Shown piece by piece: positions 11,207-20,680 of a stretch of 64,000 nucleotides of DNA. Source of the DNA: an uncultured Actinomycetota bacterium (GTDB taxonomy: Bacteria; Actinomycetota; Thermoleophilia; Gaiellales; Gaiellaceae); contig CAWDGP010000014.1 of assembly GCA_963801905.1 (NCBI GenBank), positions 16,215 to 80,214 of the forward strand. The letters run 5' to 3'. Position 1 is the first letter of the stretch; each line of letters begins with the position of its first letter. The position numbers were made by a program, and so were the translations under genes. The notes below the pieces were generated by a model. The model saw only the letters and a program-made list of their open reading frames with translations, ran no database searches and was not told where the DNA came from.

Positions 11207-13455
11207 CCCGCAGCGACCTCCTCTAGCGCTTTCCGACGAGAGTCGGAAAGCGCCCGGAGCATCTCGGCCCTCGAGATCGGTAGCGACCTGACGTCGGCCC
11301 CGGTCGCGTCACGGATCGCGTTGGCGATCGCCGCGGCGACCGGGATGATCGGCGGCTCGCCGATCCCCTTCGAGCCGAGATTCGTCAGGTGCTCGTCGGG
11401 CACGTCGACGAGCTCGCTCACGATCTCGGGCACGTCCGCAATCGTCGGCATCCGATAGGCATCGAGCGAGCGAGTCAGGATCCGGCCGGTGCCCGGGTCG
11501 GCGAGCCGTTCCTCGGAGAGCGTGTGCCCGACGCCCTGGATGATTCCGCCCTCGACCTGGCTCGAGGCGGCGAGCGGGTTGACGACCCGGCCGACGTCGT
11601 GGATCGCGGCGACGCGCTCGACAGTCACCTCGCCGGTCTCGACGTCGACGGCGACCTCGGCGACCTGGACGCCGAAGGTGAGCACCTGCATCCCCGCCGG
11701 GTTCGGGCCTCGCGCGCCGGTGCCGAGGATCTGGCCGTTGCCGAGGAGGCCCACGATCTCCTCGAGCGGCCGGTGGTCCCCGCCCGGGAGCACGATCGAG
11801 CCGCGCTCGAGCGAGAGCTCGCCCACGTCGCCGCCGTATCGCTGGGCGGCGAGCTCGAGAATCTGGCGGCGAGCGTCGGACGCGGCGGCGCGCACGGCGG
11901 GGCCCATCGACGGCAGCGTCGAGGAGCCGGCCGAGAGCGTCGAGTACGGTCCGCGTGAGGTGTCGCCCACGGCGAAGGTCACATGCGCGAGCGGGATCCC
12001 GAGCTCCTCGGCGGCGATCTGCGAGAGAGCGGTCTTCGTGCCGGTGCCCACGTCCTGCGTCGCGGTGACGACCGCGGCGTGCCCGTCGGAACCGACCCTG
12101 ACCCAGGCGTAGCTCGGCGGCCCGCCGCCGCCCCACCAGACCTGCGAGGCCATGCCCACGCCCCGCTTCACCGTGGGGGTCGAACGGGCACGCACCTCAT
12201 GTCGGCGCTCCCAGTGCGGCTCGGCGCGCCGATAGCACTCGAGCAGGTTCTTGCCGGAGTACCTCCGGCCCTCGACGGGCTCCACATCGGCGTGGTTTCG
12301 CCGCCGCAGCTCGAGCGGGTCGAGTCCGAGCTTCGCGGCGACCTCGTCGAGAAGGCACTCGAGCCCGAAGGTGCCTTCGACGAAGCCCGGCGCGCGGAAT
12401 GCCTTCATCGGCGGCAGGTTGAGCTTCGCGCCGTTCGTGGTGGTGCGGACGTTCGGGCACGCGTAGAGCGTCTGCATCGGCCCCTCGACGAACGTGTTCC
12501 AGCCCGCGAACCCAACTGCGTTCACGAAGTCGCCGCCGAGCGCGGTGAGCGTCCCGTCGGCCTTCGCTCCGGCGACGAGCCGCTGGATCGTCGCGGCGCG
12601 GTTGCCGGCGGCGACGTGCTCCTCGCCGCGGGTCAGCGCGCACCGAACGGGGCGGCCCGAACGACGCGCGAGCTCGGCGCCGATGAACGTGTGGTCGTCG
12701 GGCCCGCTCTTCGAGCCGAAGCCGCCGCCCATGTAGTCGCAGACGACCCGGATCCGGTCCGGAGCGATCCCGAGCCCCTCGGCCAGCTCGTTGCGGACGC
12801 CCCAGATGTACTGGGTCGAGATGTGTACCTCGAGCTCCTCGCCCACCCACCGGCACACCGACTGGTGGGTCTCCATCGAGTTGTGGAGGACGACCTGCGT
12901 GCGATAGGTCGCCCCGACGACGACGTCGGCCTCGGCCAGGCCCCGCTCGAGATCGCCGCGCTCGCTGCGACGCGTGCCGTGGAGCGAGCCTCGGGCGACG
13001 GCTTCGTCGGGGTCGAGCAGCGGCTCGAGCTTCTCCCACTCGACCGCGACCAGGCGAAGCGCCGCGCGTGCCTCCTCGAGCGTATCGGCGCAGAGCGCTG
13101 CGACCGCCTGGCCCTCGTAGGCCGGCTCTTCTGTGAGCACCGGGATGTCGCCCGGGCCGATCGTCGCCCGCACGCCGGGCGCCTCGAGCGCCGCGGAGAG
13201 GTCGATCCGCTTCACCCGGGCCCGAGCGTGCGGGCTTCGGAGCACGGCGGTGTGGAGCATGCCGGGCAGCGCGATGTCGGCCGTGAAAAGCGCCTCTCCA
13301 CGTGCGCGGGCGAGGCCGTCGACACGAGCCGCCGGGCGGCCGACGACCTCGCGGGGCCCGGCCGGCCACTGCTCGAGCGCGTCCTCCTCGACGACGAGGA
13401 AGACCTCCTCGAACCGGCCCTCCACCTCCTTCTCGGTGCGGATCAGTCGCGCCAC
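11203..13455 (-). CDS. Xanthine dehydrogenase-family molybdopterin-binding large subunit
   Basis: From GTG 13455: VARLIRTEKEVEGRF.., VDGLARARGEALFTADI, DYMGGGFGSK, KAFRAPG, GIGEPPIIP. The listed 850-aa ORF extends spuriously upstream over the small subunit. Confidence 0.9.
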   Translation of the reverse strand: MARLIRTEKEVEGRFEEVFLVVEEDALEQWPAGPREVVGRPAARVDGLARARGEALFTADIALPGMLHTAVLRSPHARARVKRIDLSAALEAPGVRATIGPGDIPVLTEEPAYEGQAVAALCADTLEEARAALRLVAVEWEKLEPLLDPDEAVARGSLHGTRRSERGDLERGLAEADVVVGATYRTQVVLHNSMETHQSVCRWVGEELEVHISTQYIWGVRNELAEGLGIAPDRIRVVCDYMGGGFGSKSGPDDHTFIGAELARRSGRPVRCALTRGEEHVAAGNRAATIQRLVAGAKADGTLTALGGDFVNAVGFAGWNTFVEGPMQTLYACPNVRTTTNGAKLNLPPMKAFRAPGFVEGTFGLECLLDEVAAKLGLDPLELRRRNHADVEPVEGRRYSGKNLLECYRRAEPHWERRHEVRARSTPTVKRGVGMASQVWWGGGGPPSYAWVRVGSDGHAAVVTATQDVGTGTKTALSQIAAEELGIPLAHVTFAVGDTSRGPYSTLSAGSSTLPSMGPAVRAAASDARRQILELAAQRYGGDVGELSLERGSIVLPGGDHRPLEEIVGLLGNGQILGTGARGPNPAGMQVLTFGVQVAEVAVDVETGEVTVERVAAIHDVGRVVNPLAASSQVEGGIIQGVGHTLSEERLADPGTGRILTRSLDAYRMPTIADVPEIVSELVDVPDEHLTNLGSKGIGEPPIIPVAAAIANAIRDATGADVRSLPISRAEMLRALSDSRRKALEEVAAG

Positions 13456-13907
13456 GTGCGTATCGCCTCCTCGATCTTCGGGTAGGTGCCGCAGCGGCAG
13501 ATGTTCCCCGCCATGCGATGACGAATCTCCCCGGGGCTCGGGTCGGGCTTGTCCTCGACGAGCGCGACCGCCGACACGATCTGGCCCGGCGTGCAGTAGC
13601 CGCACTGGACGGCGTCGGCCCGGACGAACGCGCGGACCATCGGGTGGTCGCGCAGCCCCTCGATCGTCGTCACCTCGCGGCCCTCGAGCCGCTCGGCGAG
13701 CGTGATGCACGAGAGCGTGGGCGTTCCGTCGACGAGCACGGTGCACGCGCCGCAATGCCCCTCGTTGCAGGCGATCTTCGTCCCGGTGAGGCCGACCGTG
13801 CCGCGAAGAGCCTCTGCGAGAGTTGTTCCCGGCGCGGCTTCGATCTCGTGGCGCCCGCCGTTGATGACGAGCCTAGGAGACATCGGCGGAACGGCCCTCG
13901 TCGACAC
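13443..13907 (-). CDS. Xanthine dehydrogenase-family (2Fe-2S)-binding small subunit
   Basis: CNEGHCGACTVLVDG and QCGYCTPGQIV..NICRCGTYPKI motifs. 154 aa (alternative start at Met9, 13883). Confidence 0.9.
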   Translation of the reverse strand: MSTRAVPPMSPRLVINGGRHEIEAAPGTTLAEALRGTVGLTGTKIACNEGHCGACTVLVDGTPTLSCITLAERLEGREVTTIEGLRDHPMVRAFVRADAVQCGYCTPGQIVSAVALVEDKPDPSPGEIRHRMAGNICRCGTYPKIEEAIRTWRD

Positions 13908-15050
13908 CGGTCAGCGCCTCGATGTCGGCGATGTGGATCAGGCGCAGCGCGAGCCGGGTGCGGTCGAGCCGTTCGTTCTCGTCGTCGATGTCCGGCAGGC
14001 TTGCCCAGAGCGCGGTTGCGGTCTGGAGCAGCGAGGCGATCCTGTCGCTCGTCTCGGGCTGGCCGTCGCGCTCGGCGGCCGTGTTGAGCGCCAGACCGAG
14101 CGCGCCGATCGTCTCCTGCTGGCGCAACCAGAGGAGCGGCATCGCCATCGACAGGTACTGGTGGATGCGGGCGAGCTGGATCGGCTGCTGGAGCACGCCG
14201 CTCCCGACGGGGGTCGTCGGCTCCGGAAGCTCGCGGCCGTCGGCGAGGGCGTTGCACGTCTCGCCGAGCATCCAGCGGATCTGGGTCTCCGAGAGCCCGG
14301 CCCGGTACGCCGTCCGGAGGGCGATGAAGAGCGAGGCACGGCTGCTGGCCGTACGGGAAGTCGGAGGCGTAGACGACTTGCTCGGGCGGAACGCGCCGGT
14401 AGAGGTCGAGCAGGTCGATCGCGCCCCAGGTCGAGGTGTCGAAGAGGACGCCCTTCCGGCCGGCCATCTCGACCGAGAGGTGGGCGAGGTCGGCGATTCC
14501 TGCGTGGGCGATGATCAGCGTCACATCCGGGTTCGCCTCGACCAGGCGCGCGAGCCCGTCGGCGATCGGCGGCAGCCCGCGCCCGCCGTGGATCAGGATC
14601 GGGACGCGGCGCTCCCCCGCGAGCTCGAACACCGGCGCGAGCCGTCCGTCGGTCGCGTCGAACCGCTGCGCGCGCGGGTGCAGCTTGATCCCGCGTGCGC
14701 CCGCGTCGAGGCACCGCGTGGCCTCCTCGATCGGCGTCTCGTTCAGGTCGAGCCGCACGAACGGGATCAGGCGGCCCTCCGAGCGCTCCGCGAAGCGCGA
14801 GAGTGCGGTCGTTCGCGGCGCTGAAGGCGGGGTGGCGGTCCGGCTCGTCGAGGCAGAACACGAAGGCGCGGGAGATCCCGTACCCGGCCATCACCTCCTC
14901 GAGGTGGTCGTAGTCGCCGATCATCCCGTCGATGTCGGTGCCGAGGTGGAGATGCGAGTCGAAGATGTCGGCGCCCGTAGGCACCATCCCTCGCACCTCG
15001 CCGTCGTACAGCGCCGAGAGCTCGAGCGCCCTGTCCAGTACATGGGCCAC
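13873..15050 (-). pseudogene. Amidohydrolase-family metal-dependent hydrolase, two frame breaks (~14793-14800 and ~14333-14342)
   Basis: Three consecutive reverse-strand frame segments join into one protein. Segment 1: MAHVLDR..DIFDSHLHLG..AANDRTLA. Segment 2: FAERSEGRLIPFVRLDLNE..GIKLHP..ILIHGG..SDFPYGQQP. Segment 3: ASLFIALRTAYRAGLSETQIRWMLGETCNAL... Confidence 0.7.
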
Positions 15051-15086
15051 CCCCGAAAGCTAACGACAACTGGGTAGGGTGCGGCG

Positions 15087-16226
15087 GTGACCGACTTCCT
15101 GATCGTCGCCGACACGTTCCGCTCGCCAGAGCTTCGTCACGAGCTCCCCGCTCCGATCGGCGATCCGATCCTTTACGCCGAGGTCGACGGCAAGCGTCAC
15201 GTGATGGCGCCGAGCCACGAAGCGCCGATCATCGCTGCGGCAGGCGAGTACCACCTCCACGCCCCCGAGGAGTACGGGGTCGAGGAGCTGCGGCGCACAC
15301 TCACCTCCTACGACGAGATGTTCGAGGAGCTCATCGTCCGTGCCGTCCGGTCGTTCGGTGTCGAGCGAGCCCTCGTTCCCAGCACCTTCCCGATCTATGC
15401 GGCCGACCGTCTGCGCGCGGAAGGGTTCGTCCTCGAGACCGATCGCGAGTTCTTCACCGACCGCCGCCGGGTCAAGTCGGCTGCCGAGCTCGGGGGGATC
15501 AGGCGGGCCCAGGCCGCGGCCGACGCCGGAATGGAGCGTGCGCGCGAGCTGCTGGCGTCCTCCGTGCCCGGCGCCGGTGGGGTTCTCGAGATCAACGGGG
15601 CGCCGCTGACGAGCGAGGTCCTCCACGCCGAGATCGCCGCCGCCTTCGTCGAGAACGACTCTTCCTCGGATGTCTTCGTGGCATCGCACGGGCCGCAGAC
15701 GGCGATCGGCCATCATCTCGGCGAGGGGCCCATCCGCGCCGGCGAGCCGGTGATCGTGGACATCTGGCCGCGGGACAACAGGTCGGCCTGTTTCACGGAC
15801 ATGACGCGAACCTTCGTCGCCGGTGAGCCACCCGCCGAGGTCGCCGAATGGCACCGGCTCTCCCTCGAGTGGCTCGACCTCGCGCTCCGGCTCGTACGGC
15901 CGGGGGTGACCGCGAAGTCCGTCTACGACGCGATCTGCGACGAGGCCGAGGCTGCAGGCTTCCCGACGCAGCGCACCAAGGCCGACGGCGAGATCCTCGA
16001 CAGCGGCTTCATCTTCGCGCTCGGTCACGGCGTCGGGCTCGAGGTGCACGAGGAGCCGATCCTGGGCATGCTCGGCCACAGCGCGATCGTCGCGGGTGAC
16101 GTGCTCGCGATCGAGCCCGGCCTCTATCGCTCCGGCGACTACGGCGTCCGGGTCGAGGATCTCGTCCTCGTCACCGAGGACGGCTGCGAGAAGCTCGGCA
16201 GCTTCTCGTACGACCTCGTTGTCTAG
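15087..16226 (+). CDS. M24-family Xaa-Pro aminopeptidase
   Basis: 379 aa. VIVDIWPRD, FTDMTRT, GHGVGLEVHEEP, AIEPGLY, VRVEDLV motifs. GTG start. Confidence 0.9.
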   Translation: MTDFLIVADTFRSPELRHELPAPIGDPILYAEVDGKRHVMAPSHEAPIIAAAGEYHLHAPEEYGVEELRRTLTSYDEMFEELIVRAVRSFGVERALVPSTFPIYAADRLRAEGFVLETDREFFTDRRRVKSAAELGGIRRAQAAADAGMERARELLASSVPGAGGVLEINGAPLTSEVLHAEIAAAFVENDSSSDVFVASHGPQTAIGHHLGEGPIRAGEPVIVDIWPRDNRSACFTDMTRTFVAGEPPAEVAEWHRLSLEWLDLALRLVRPGVTAKSVYDAICDEAEAAGFPTQRTKADGEILDSGFIFALGHGVGLEVHEEPILGMLGHSAIVAGDVLAIEPGLYRSGDYGVRVEDLVLVTEDGCEKLGSFSYDLVV

Positions 16227-16250
16227 GTAGGGACGGCTACCGTCTCTACG

Positions 16251-17312
16251 GTGGCACGTTCGGGGGTCGGTCTTGTCGTAGCTGCAGTACTCGGGTTGGC
16301 GCTCTCCGGAGGGGCGCCGGCCGCGCGTGACGCCGGGCGCGCCGTGGCCCGGGAGCGGGCCGCGGACGCCTACTCGGCGATGCAGCGCTACTTCTACTCG
16401 GCCCCGGACCGCTCGTACGCGGGCGTCTACCCCGCCCGCGGCCACGCGCAGGCCTGGCCGTTCTCGCAAGCGCTCTGGGCGACCCTTGGAGCAGCCCCGG
16501 CCGATCTCCGGGCCCGACTGACCGGGCTCGCCGCCTACAGCCATCCTGAGCCCGGCCGGCCCTCGGAGTTCGCGCCGCGGTTCGGCGGCACCGGGGTCGT
16601 CTACAACGACGACAACCTCTGGATCGCGCTCGGGCTCGAGCGACTCGGCGACCCCGGTTCGCTGAAGACGGCGCGTGACATCTTCGACCTCGTCACCGAC
16701 AGCTGGGACTCGGACGGCGCCCATCCCTGCCCGGGCGGGATCTTCTGGACGCGGCTGGGGGCGAACCGCGACCGCAACACCGTTACGACCGCGAACGCAT
16801 CTTTGCTCGCCGTCGGCCTCTACGACCGCACCGGCTCGAAGGCGTACCTCGCGTTCGCCCGGAAGGCGTACGACTGGACGAAGCGCTGCCTCGGCCGGCC
16901 CGACGGGCTCGTCGCCGACCACATCGACCTCGCAGGGCGGATCGACGGGCACACGTGGAGCTACAACCAAGGGGCGATGATCGCCGCAGGCGTCCGGCTC
17001 TACAGGGCGACGGGGGAGCGCCGCTATCTCGCCGAAGCCGAGCGGACGGCGAACCGTGCGCTGGCGGCGATCGGCGACCCGTTGAGGTCCGGCGAGCCGC
17101 CGGTGTTCCTCGCGATCTTCTTCCGGGACCTTCGAGAGCTGACCGCGAGCGTCCCGCGCCGGACCGACCGCGCGGCGGAGGAGGCGTTCGCCGACGAGGC
17201 ATGGACACGCGCCCGCGACCCGAAGACGGGGCTCTTCCGGTTCGACGGCCGCCGGCCGACGCTGCTCGACCAGGCGGCGATGGTGCAGGTGTACGCCGAG
17301 CTCGGGTCCTAG
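16251..17312 (+). CDS. Secreted glycoside hydrolase family 76-like (alpha-1,6-mannanase-like)
   Basis: Signal peptide. VVYNDDNLWIALGL (DD pair), GGIFW, NTVTTANASLLAVGLY, SYNQGAMI. Confidence 0.7.
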   Translation: MARSGVGLVVAAVLGLALSGGAPAARDAGRAVARERAADAYSAMQRYFYSAPDRSYAGVYPARGHAQAWPFSQALWATLGAAPADLRARLTGLAAYSHPEPGRPSEFAPRFGGTGVVYNDDNLWIALGLERLGDPGSLKTARDIFDLVTDSWDSDGAHPCPGGIFWTRLGANRDRNTVTTANASLLAVGLYDRTGSKAYLAFARKAYDWTKRCLGRPDGLVADHIDLAGRIDGHTWSYNQGAMIAAGVRLYRATGERRYLAEAERTANRALAAIGDPLRSGEPPVFLAIFFRDLRELTASVPRRTDRAAEEAFADEAWTRARDPKTGLFRFDGRRPTLLDQAAMVQVYAELGS

Positions 17313-18577
17313 CTCAAGGCGTTCAGGAACCGCTCGTCGTCCTCGAACGGCCCGATCACGGCGAGGTGGAGCTTGTCGTGCGCGATCAGGTCGCGGGCGA
17401 CGCGCTGGACGTCCTCGGCAGTGACCGCGTCGATCTGGGCGAGAAGCTCCTCCGGCTCGAGCGTGTGGCCTTCGAGCACCTCGCGGTTCAGGCCGTACAT
17501 GATCAGCCCCTGAGGCGCCTCGGTCCGGAGGACGAAGCGGCCCTTGATCATCGAGCGGGACTTCTCGAGCTCGTCGGAGGGAACCTCCTCGTTCGCCATG
17601 CGGTTGAACTGCTCGACGATCACCTTGATCGCCTCGTCGATGCGCTTGATGTCGACCCCCGCCTGCGCGAGGAGCGAGCCCGCGTCCGTGTAGCTGTGGT
17701 TCATCCCGTGGACGTAGTAGGCGAGGCCGCGCCGCTCCCGCACCTCGAGGAAGAGGCGCGAGGACATCCCGGAGCCGAGGACGGCCGAGAGCATCTGGAG
17801 CGCGTAGCGGTCGGGGTGCTCGATCGGATAGCTCGGGACGCCCAGGACGAGGTGCGCCTGCTCGGCGTCCTTGTGGTGGACGGCGACGCGCGGCCCCGTG
17901 GGCCGGTCGAGCTGGGCGGGGGCGGGCTTCCGGGCGCCGTCCGGCTTCAGGTCGCCGAGCAGGTCGGCGAGCAGCGGGATCAGGTCCTCGCCGACCATGC
18001 CGCTGACTCCGACGACCATGCGCTCCGGCGTGTACCACTCGTCGACGTAGCTCGTGAACGTCTCCCGGTTCGCGGCCCGAATCGTCTCCTTCGTGCCGAG
18101 CGTCTCCCACCCGAGCGGGTTGTCGCCGAACATCAGCGTCTCGTAGACGGTGCCGATGTGGTCACGCGGGGTGTCCTGGTACATGTTCATCTCCTCCAGG
18201 ATCACGCCCTTCTCGCGCTCGATCTCCTCCGGGTCGAACCTCGAGTGGCGGAGCATGTCGAGGAGGACGTCGAGCGCGATGTCGCGGTCGGGGCCGGCGC
18301 AGCGGACGTAGTAGCCCGTGTACTCCTTCGAGGTGAAGGCGTTGAACTCGCCGCCGATCCCGTCGATCAGGGTCGTCAGGTCGCGGGAGCTCGGGCGGCG
18401 TTCGGTGCCCTTGAAGAACATGTGCTCGGCGAAGTGCGCAATGCCGCGGTTCTCGGCGCGCTCGTAGCGGCTGCCGGCGGCGAGCATGACGAAGCACGCG
18501 ACCGACTGTGCGTGCGGGAGTGGGGCGGTGAGCACCCGAAGCTTGTTCGGAAGGACCTCGCGCTCGAAGACGGCCAC
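17309..18577 (-). CDS. M16-family (pitrilysin/insulinase) zinc peptidase
   Basis: HFAEHMFFKGT (HxxEH), 422 aa. Its stop shares the CTAG tetranucleotide with the convergent GH76 gene. Confidence 0.9.
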   Translation of the reverse strand: MAVFEREVLPNKLRVLTAPLPHAQSVACFVMLAAGSRYERAENRGIAHFAEHMFFKGTERRPSSRDLTTLIDGIGGEFNAFTSKEYTGYYVRCAGPDRDIALDVLLDMLRHSRFDPEEIEREKGVILEEMNMYQDTPRDHIGTVYETLMFGDNPLGWETLGTKETIRAANRETFTSYVDEWYTPERMVVGVSGMVGEDLIPLLADLLGDLKPDGARKPAPAQLDRPTGPRVAVHHKDAEQAHLVLGVPSYPIEHPDRYALQMLSAVLGSGMSSRLFLEVRERRGLAYYVHGMNHSYTDAGSLLAQAGVDIKRIDEAIKVIVEQFNRMANEEVPSDELEKSRSMIKGRFVLRTEAPQGLIMYGLNREVLEGHTLEPEELLAQIDAVTAEDVQRVARDLIAHDKLHLAVIGPFEDDERFLNALS

Positions 18578-18601
18578 GCCGCGATGCTATAGAGGAAGGC
18601 C

Positions 18602-19459
18602 ATGTCCGGAGAGACACGTCGCACGGTGTTCGCCGAGCCCGATTGGCTGCGCTCCGTTCCGCGCGACCGGCGGCTGCCCGACGGGGCGCGGGTCGTGTTC
18701 ACCGGGTGCGGGACGTCGTTCCACGCCGCGCAGACCGGGGGATGGGCGGTCCAGGCTCTCGAGGCGGTGCTCTCGCCGCCCGAGGCCGACCTGATGGTGG
18801 TCGTCTCACACGAGGGCAGGACGCCGATGACGGTCGCGGCGGCCGAGGCGTTCTTCGGGCCCAAGTGGCTGGTGACCGGCGCGGCCGATTCGCCGCTGGC
18901 CGACCTGGCCGACGAGGTCGTCGTCGCGACGCCGGAGGTCGAGCAGTCGTGGTGCCACACCGCCAGCTACAACTGCGCGGTCGCGGCGATTGCCGCGCTG
19001 CGCGGCGAGGACATCGCGTGGCTCCCGGGGGCGGTCGAAGCGGCGCTGGCGTTCACCGAGCCGGTGCCTTCGCAGTCGAAGATCCTCGTCGCCGGCGCGG
19101 GGCCCGACTGGCCGACGGCTCAGGAGGCGGTGCTGAAGCTTCGCGAGGGCGCCTGGGTCTCGGCCGGCGCGCATCACACCGAGCAGCTCCTCCACGGCCA
19201 CCTGGCCGCGATCGACGAGTCCGTACGCGCCTACGTGCTGGAAGGCGAGGGCCGCGCCGCCGACCGCGCCCGTGACGCCGTCGCCGCGCTCGAGGTGCTC
19301 GGCTGCGAGACGACCCTCGTGCCGACGCTGCATCCGGCCGTGGACATCGTCCGCTTCCAGCTCCTGACGCTCGCGATTGCCGAGTCACGCGGCATCGACC
19401 CGGACTGGATCCACCGCGACGACGAGCGCTGGGCCCGTGCCCGCGCCGCGTACAGATAG
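18602..19459 (+). CDS. SIS-domain sugar-phosphate isomerase/deglycase-like protein
   Basis: VVFTGCGTSFHAA motif with a two-SIS-like layout. 285 aa. Confidence 0.8.
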   Translation: MSGETRRTVFAEPDWLRSVPRDRRLPDGARVVFTGCGTSFHAAQTGGWAVQALEAVLSPPEADLMVVVSHEGRTPMTVAAAEAFFGPKWLVTGAADSPLADLADEVVVATPEVEQSWCHTASYNCAVAAIAALRGEDIAWLPGAVEAALAFTEPVPSQSKILVAGAGPDWPTAQEAVLKLREGAWVSAGAHHTEQLLHGHLAAIDESVRAYVLEGEGRAADRARDAVAALEVLGCETTLVPTLHPAVDIVRFQLLTLAIAESRGIDPDWIHRDDERWARARAAYR

Positions 19460-19483
19460 GACGTGTCCCAAGGGAAGGACGCT

Positions 19484-19496
19484 GGTGTCAGACACC
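19484..19496. repeat. Palindromic motif GGTGTC-A-GACACC, copy 1 (within the direct repeat GGACG-CTGGTGTCAGACACC)
   Basis: Read directly. Identical to copy 2, 64 bp away, in the intergenic region before the methyltransferase gene. Confidence 0.7.
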
Positions 19497-19547
19497 GTTC
19501 AGTTCTCGGACAACGACCCAGGGTTCATGCGCCTTTGCGGGACGGCT

Positions 19548-19560
19548 GGTGTCAGACACC
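19548..19560. repeat. Palindromic motif GGTGTC-A-GACACC, copy 2
   Basis: Read directly. Ends 48 bp upstream of GTG 19608. Confidence 0.7.
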
Positions 19561-19607
19561 CGAGAATGTCCCTCGTGGGCCTGGCTCGTGCGGCGTAGGC
19601 TGAAAGC

Positions 19608-20369
19608 GTGACCTTCGAGGTTCCGGCCGAAGCCTACGACGCGTTCATGGGGCGCTACTCGCGGCACCTCGCGGCGCAGATGGCCGACCTCGCCGGGGTC
19701 GCCGCCGGGCAGGAGGCCGTCGACGTCGGGTGCGGGCCGGGCGCGCTGACGACCGAGCTCGTGCGTCGCCTCGGAGCCGACCATGTCACCGCCGTCGATC
19801 CGTCGGAGCGCTTTGTCGAGGCGATCCGGAGCCGTCTTCCCGGCGTTACCGTCGAGCGGGCGTCCGCCGAGAGCCTGCCGCTCGCCGACGACCGGTTCGA
19901 CGCCGCGCTCGCCCAGCTCGTCGTCCACTTCATGACCGACCCCGTCGCCGGCCTCCGGGAGATGGGGCGCGTGACGAAGCCGGGCGGCGCCGTCGCCGCC
20001 TGCGTGTGGGATCACGCCGCAGGCGGGAGGGGGCCGATGTCGGTCTACTACGAGGCGCTCCATGAGGTCGACCCGTCTCGGCCGAACGAGTCCGAGCGAC
20101 CCGGCACGCGGCCGGGCCACCTCGCCGAGCTCTTCGGCACGGCGGGATTCGAGGAGATCGAAGAGGCGACGCTGATCGCCCGCGTCGAGCATCCGACCTT
20201 CGAGGAGTGGTGGGCGCCCTTCGAGCTGGGCGTCGGCCCGATCGCGGACGTGTTCGCCGAGCTCGGCCCCGAGCGGGTGGCACAGCTCCGCGAGCTCTGC
20301 CGGGAGGCCCTTCCGCCGGCCCCGTTCACGGTCGAGGCCCGAGCCTGGGCCGTCAGCGCCCGGGCCTAA
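19608..20369 (+). CDS. Class I SAM-dependent methyltransferase
   Basis: VDVGCGPGALT motif I, PGGAVAACVWD. 253 aa. Confidence 0.85.
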   Translation: MTFEVPAEAYDAFMGRYSRHLAAQMADLAGVAAGQEAVDVGCGPGALTTELVRRLGADHVTAVDPSERFVEAIRSRLPGVTVERASAESLPLADDRFDAALAQLVVHFMTDPVAGLREMGRVTKPGGAVAACVWDHAAGGRGPMSVYYEALHEVDPSRPNESERPGTRPGHLAELFGTAGFEEIEEATLIARVEHPTFEEWWAPFELGVGPIADVFAELGPERVAQLRELCREALPPAPFTVEARAWAVSARA

Positions 20370-20680
20370 CGGTCGCTCAACCGGTACACGAACCGCAGCG
20401 CCTGCCAGCTCTCGTCGATCGAGCAGCTCTTGTTGTCGACGAGCCCCGCGGCGAGCCCTGCTGCCTGCACCGCCCCGAAGTCGAGGTCGGTCTCGAGCTT
20501 CGCGGCCTTCTTCGGCCACGCGATCCAGAGCCCGTCGGCGGGCCCGAGCGTCGCCTTCAGTGCCGGCAGCCGCGCATCGAGCTCCACGCGGCGCGTCGTG
20601 AAGAACATCACCACCTCGGCGCCCGGCTTCGCGCCGAGCTTCTTCGAGAGCGGCGTTCCGGAGTAGTCCTTGCCGGCCAC
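20366..20680 (-). CDS. DUF3052-like small protein
   Basis: From GTG 20680: VAGKDYSGTPLSKKLGAKPGAEVVMFF..LWIAWPKK... The start overlaps the upstream TAG (TAGTG). Confidence 0.75.
   Translation of the reverse strand: MAGKDYSGTPLSKKLGAKPGAEVVMFFTTRRVELDARLPALKATLGPADGLWIAWPKKAAKLETDLDFGAVQAAGLAAGLVDNKSCSIDESWQALRFVYRLSDR

Noticed and set aside
15060-18110. 1016-aa minus-strand ORF.
   Set aside because: It has shadow-frame composition and lies antisense to the well-supported M24 peptidase and GH76 genes, then out of frame over part of the M16 gene. No motif was recognised.
19377-19598. 73-aa ORF covering the twin-palindrome intergenic region.
   Set aside because: It overlaps the 3' end of the SIS gene, has poor composition and no RBS. 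The region is better explained by the repeated dyad motif.
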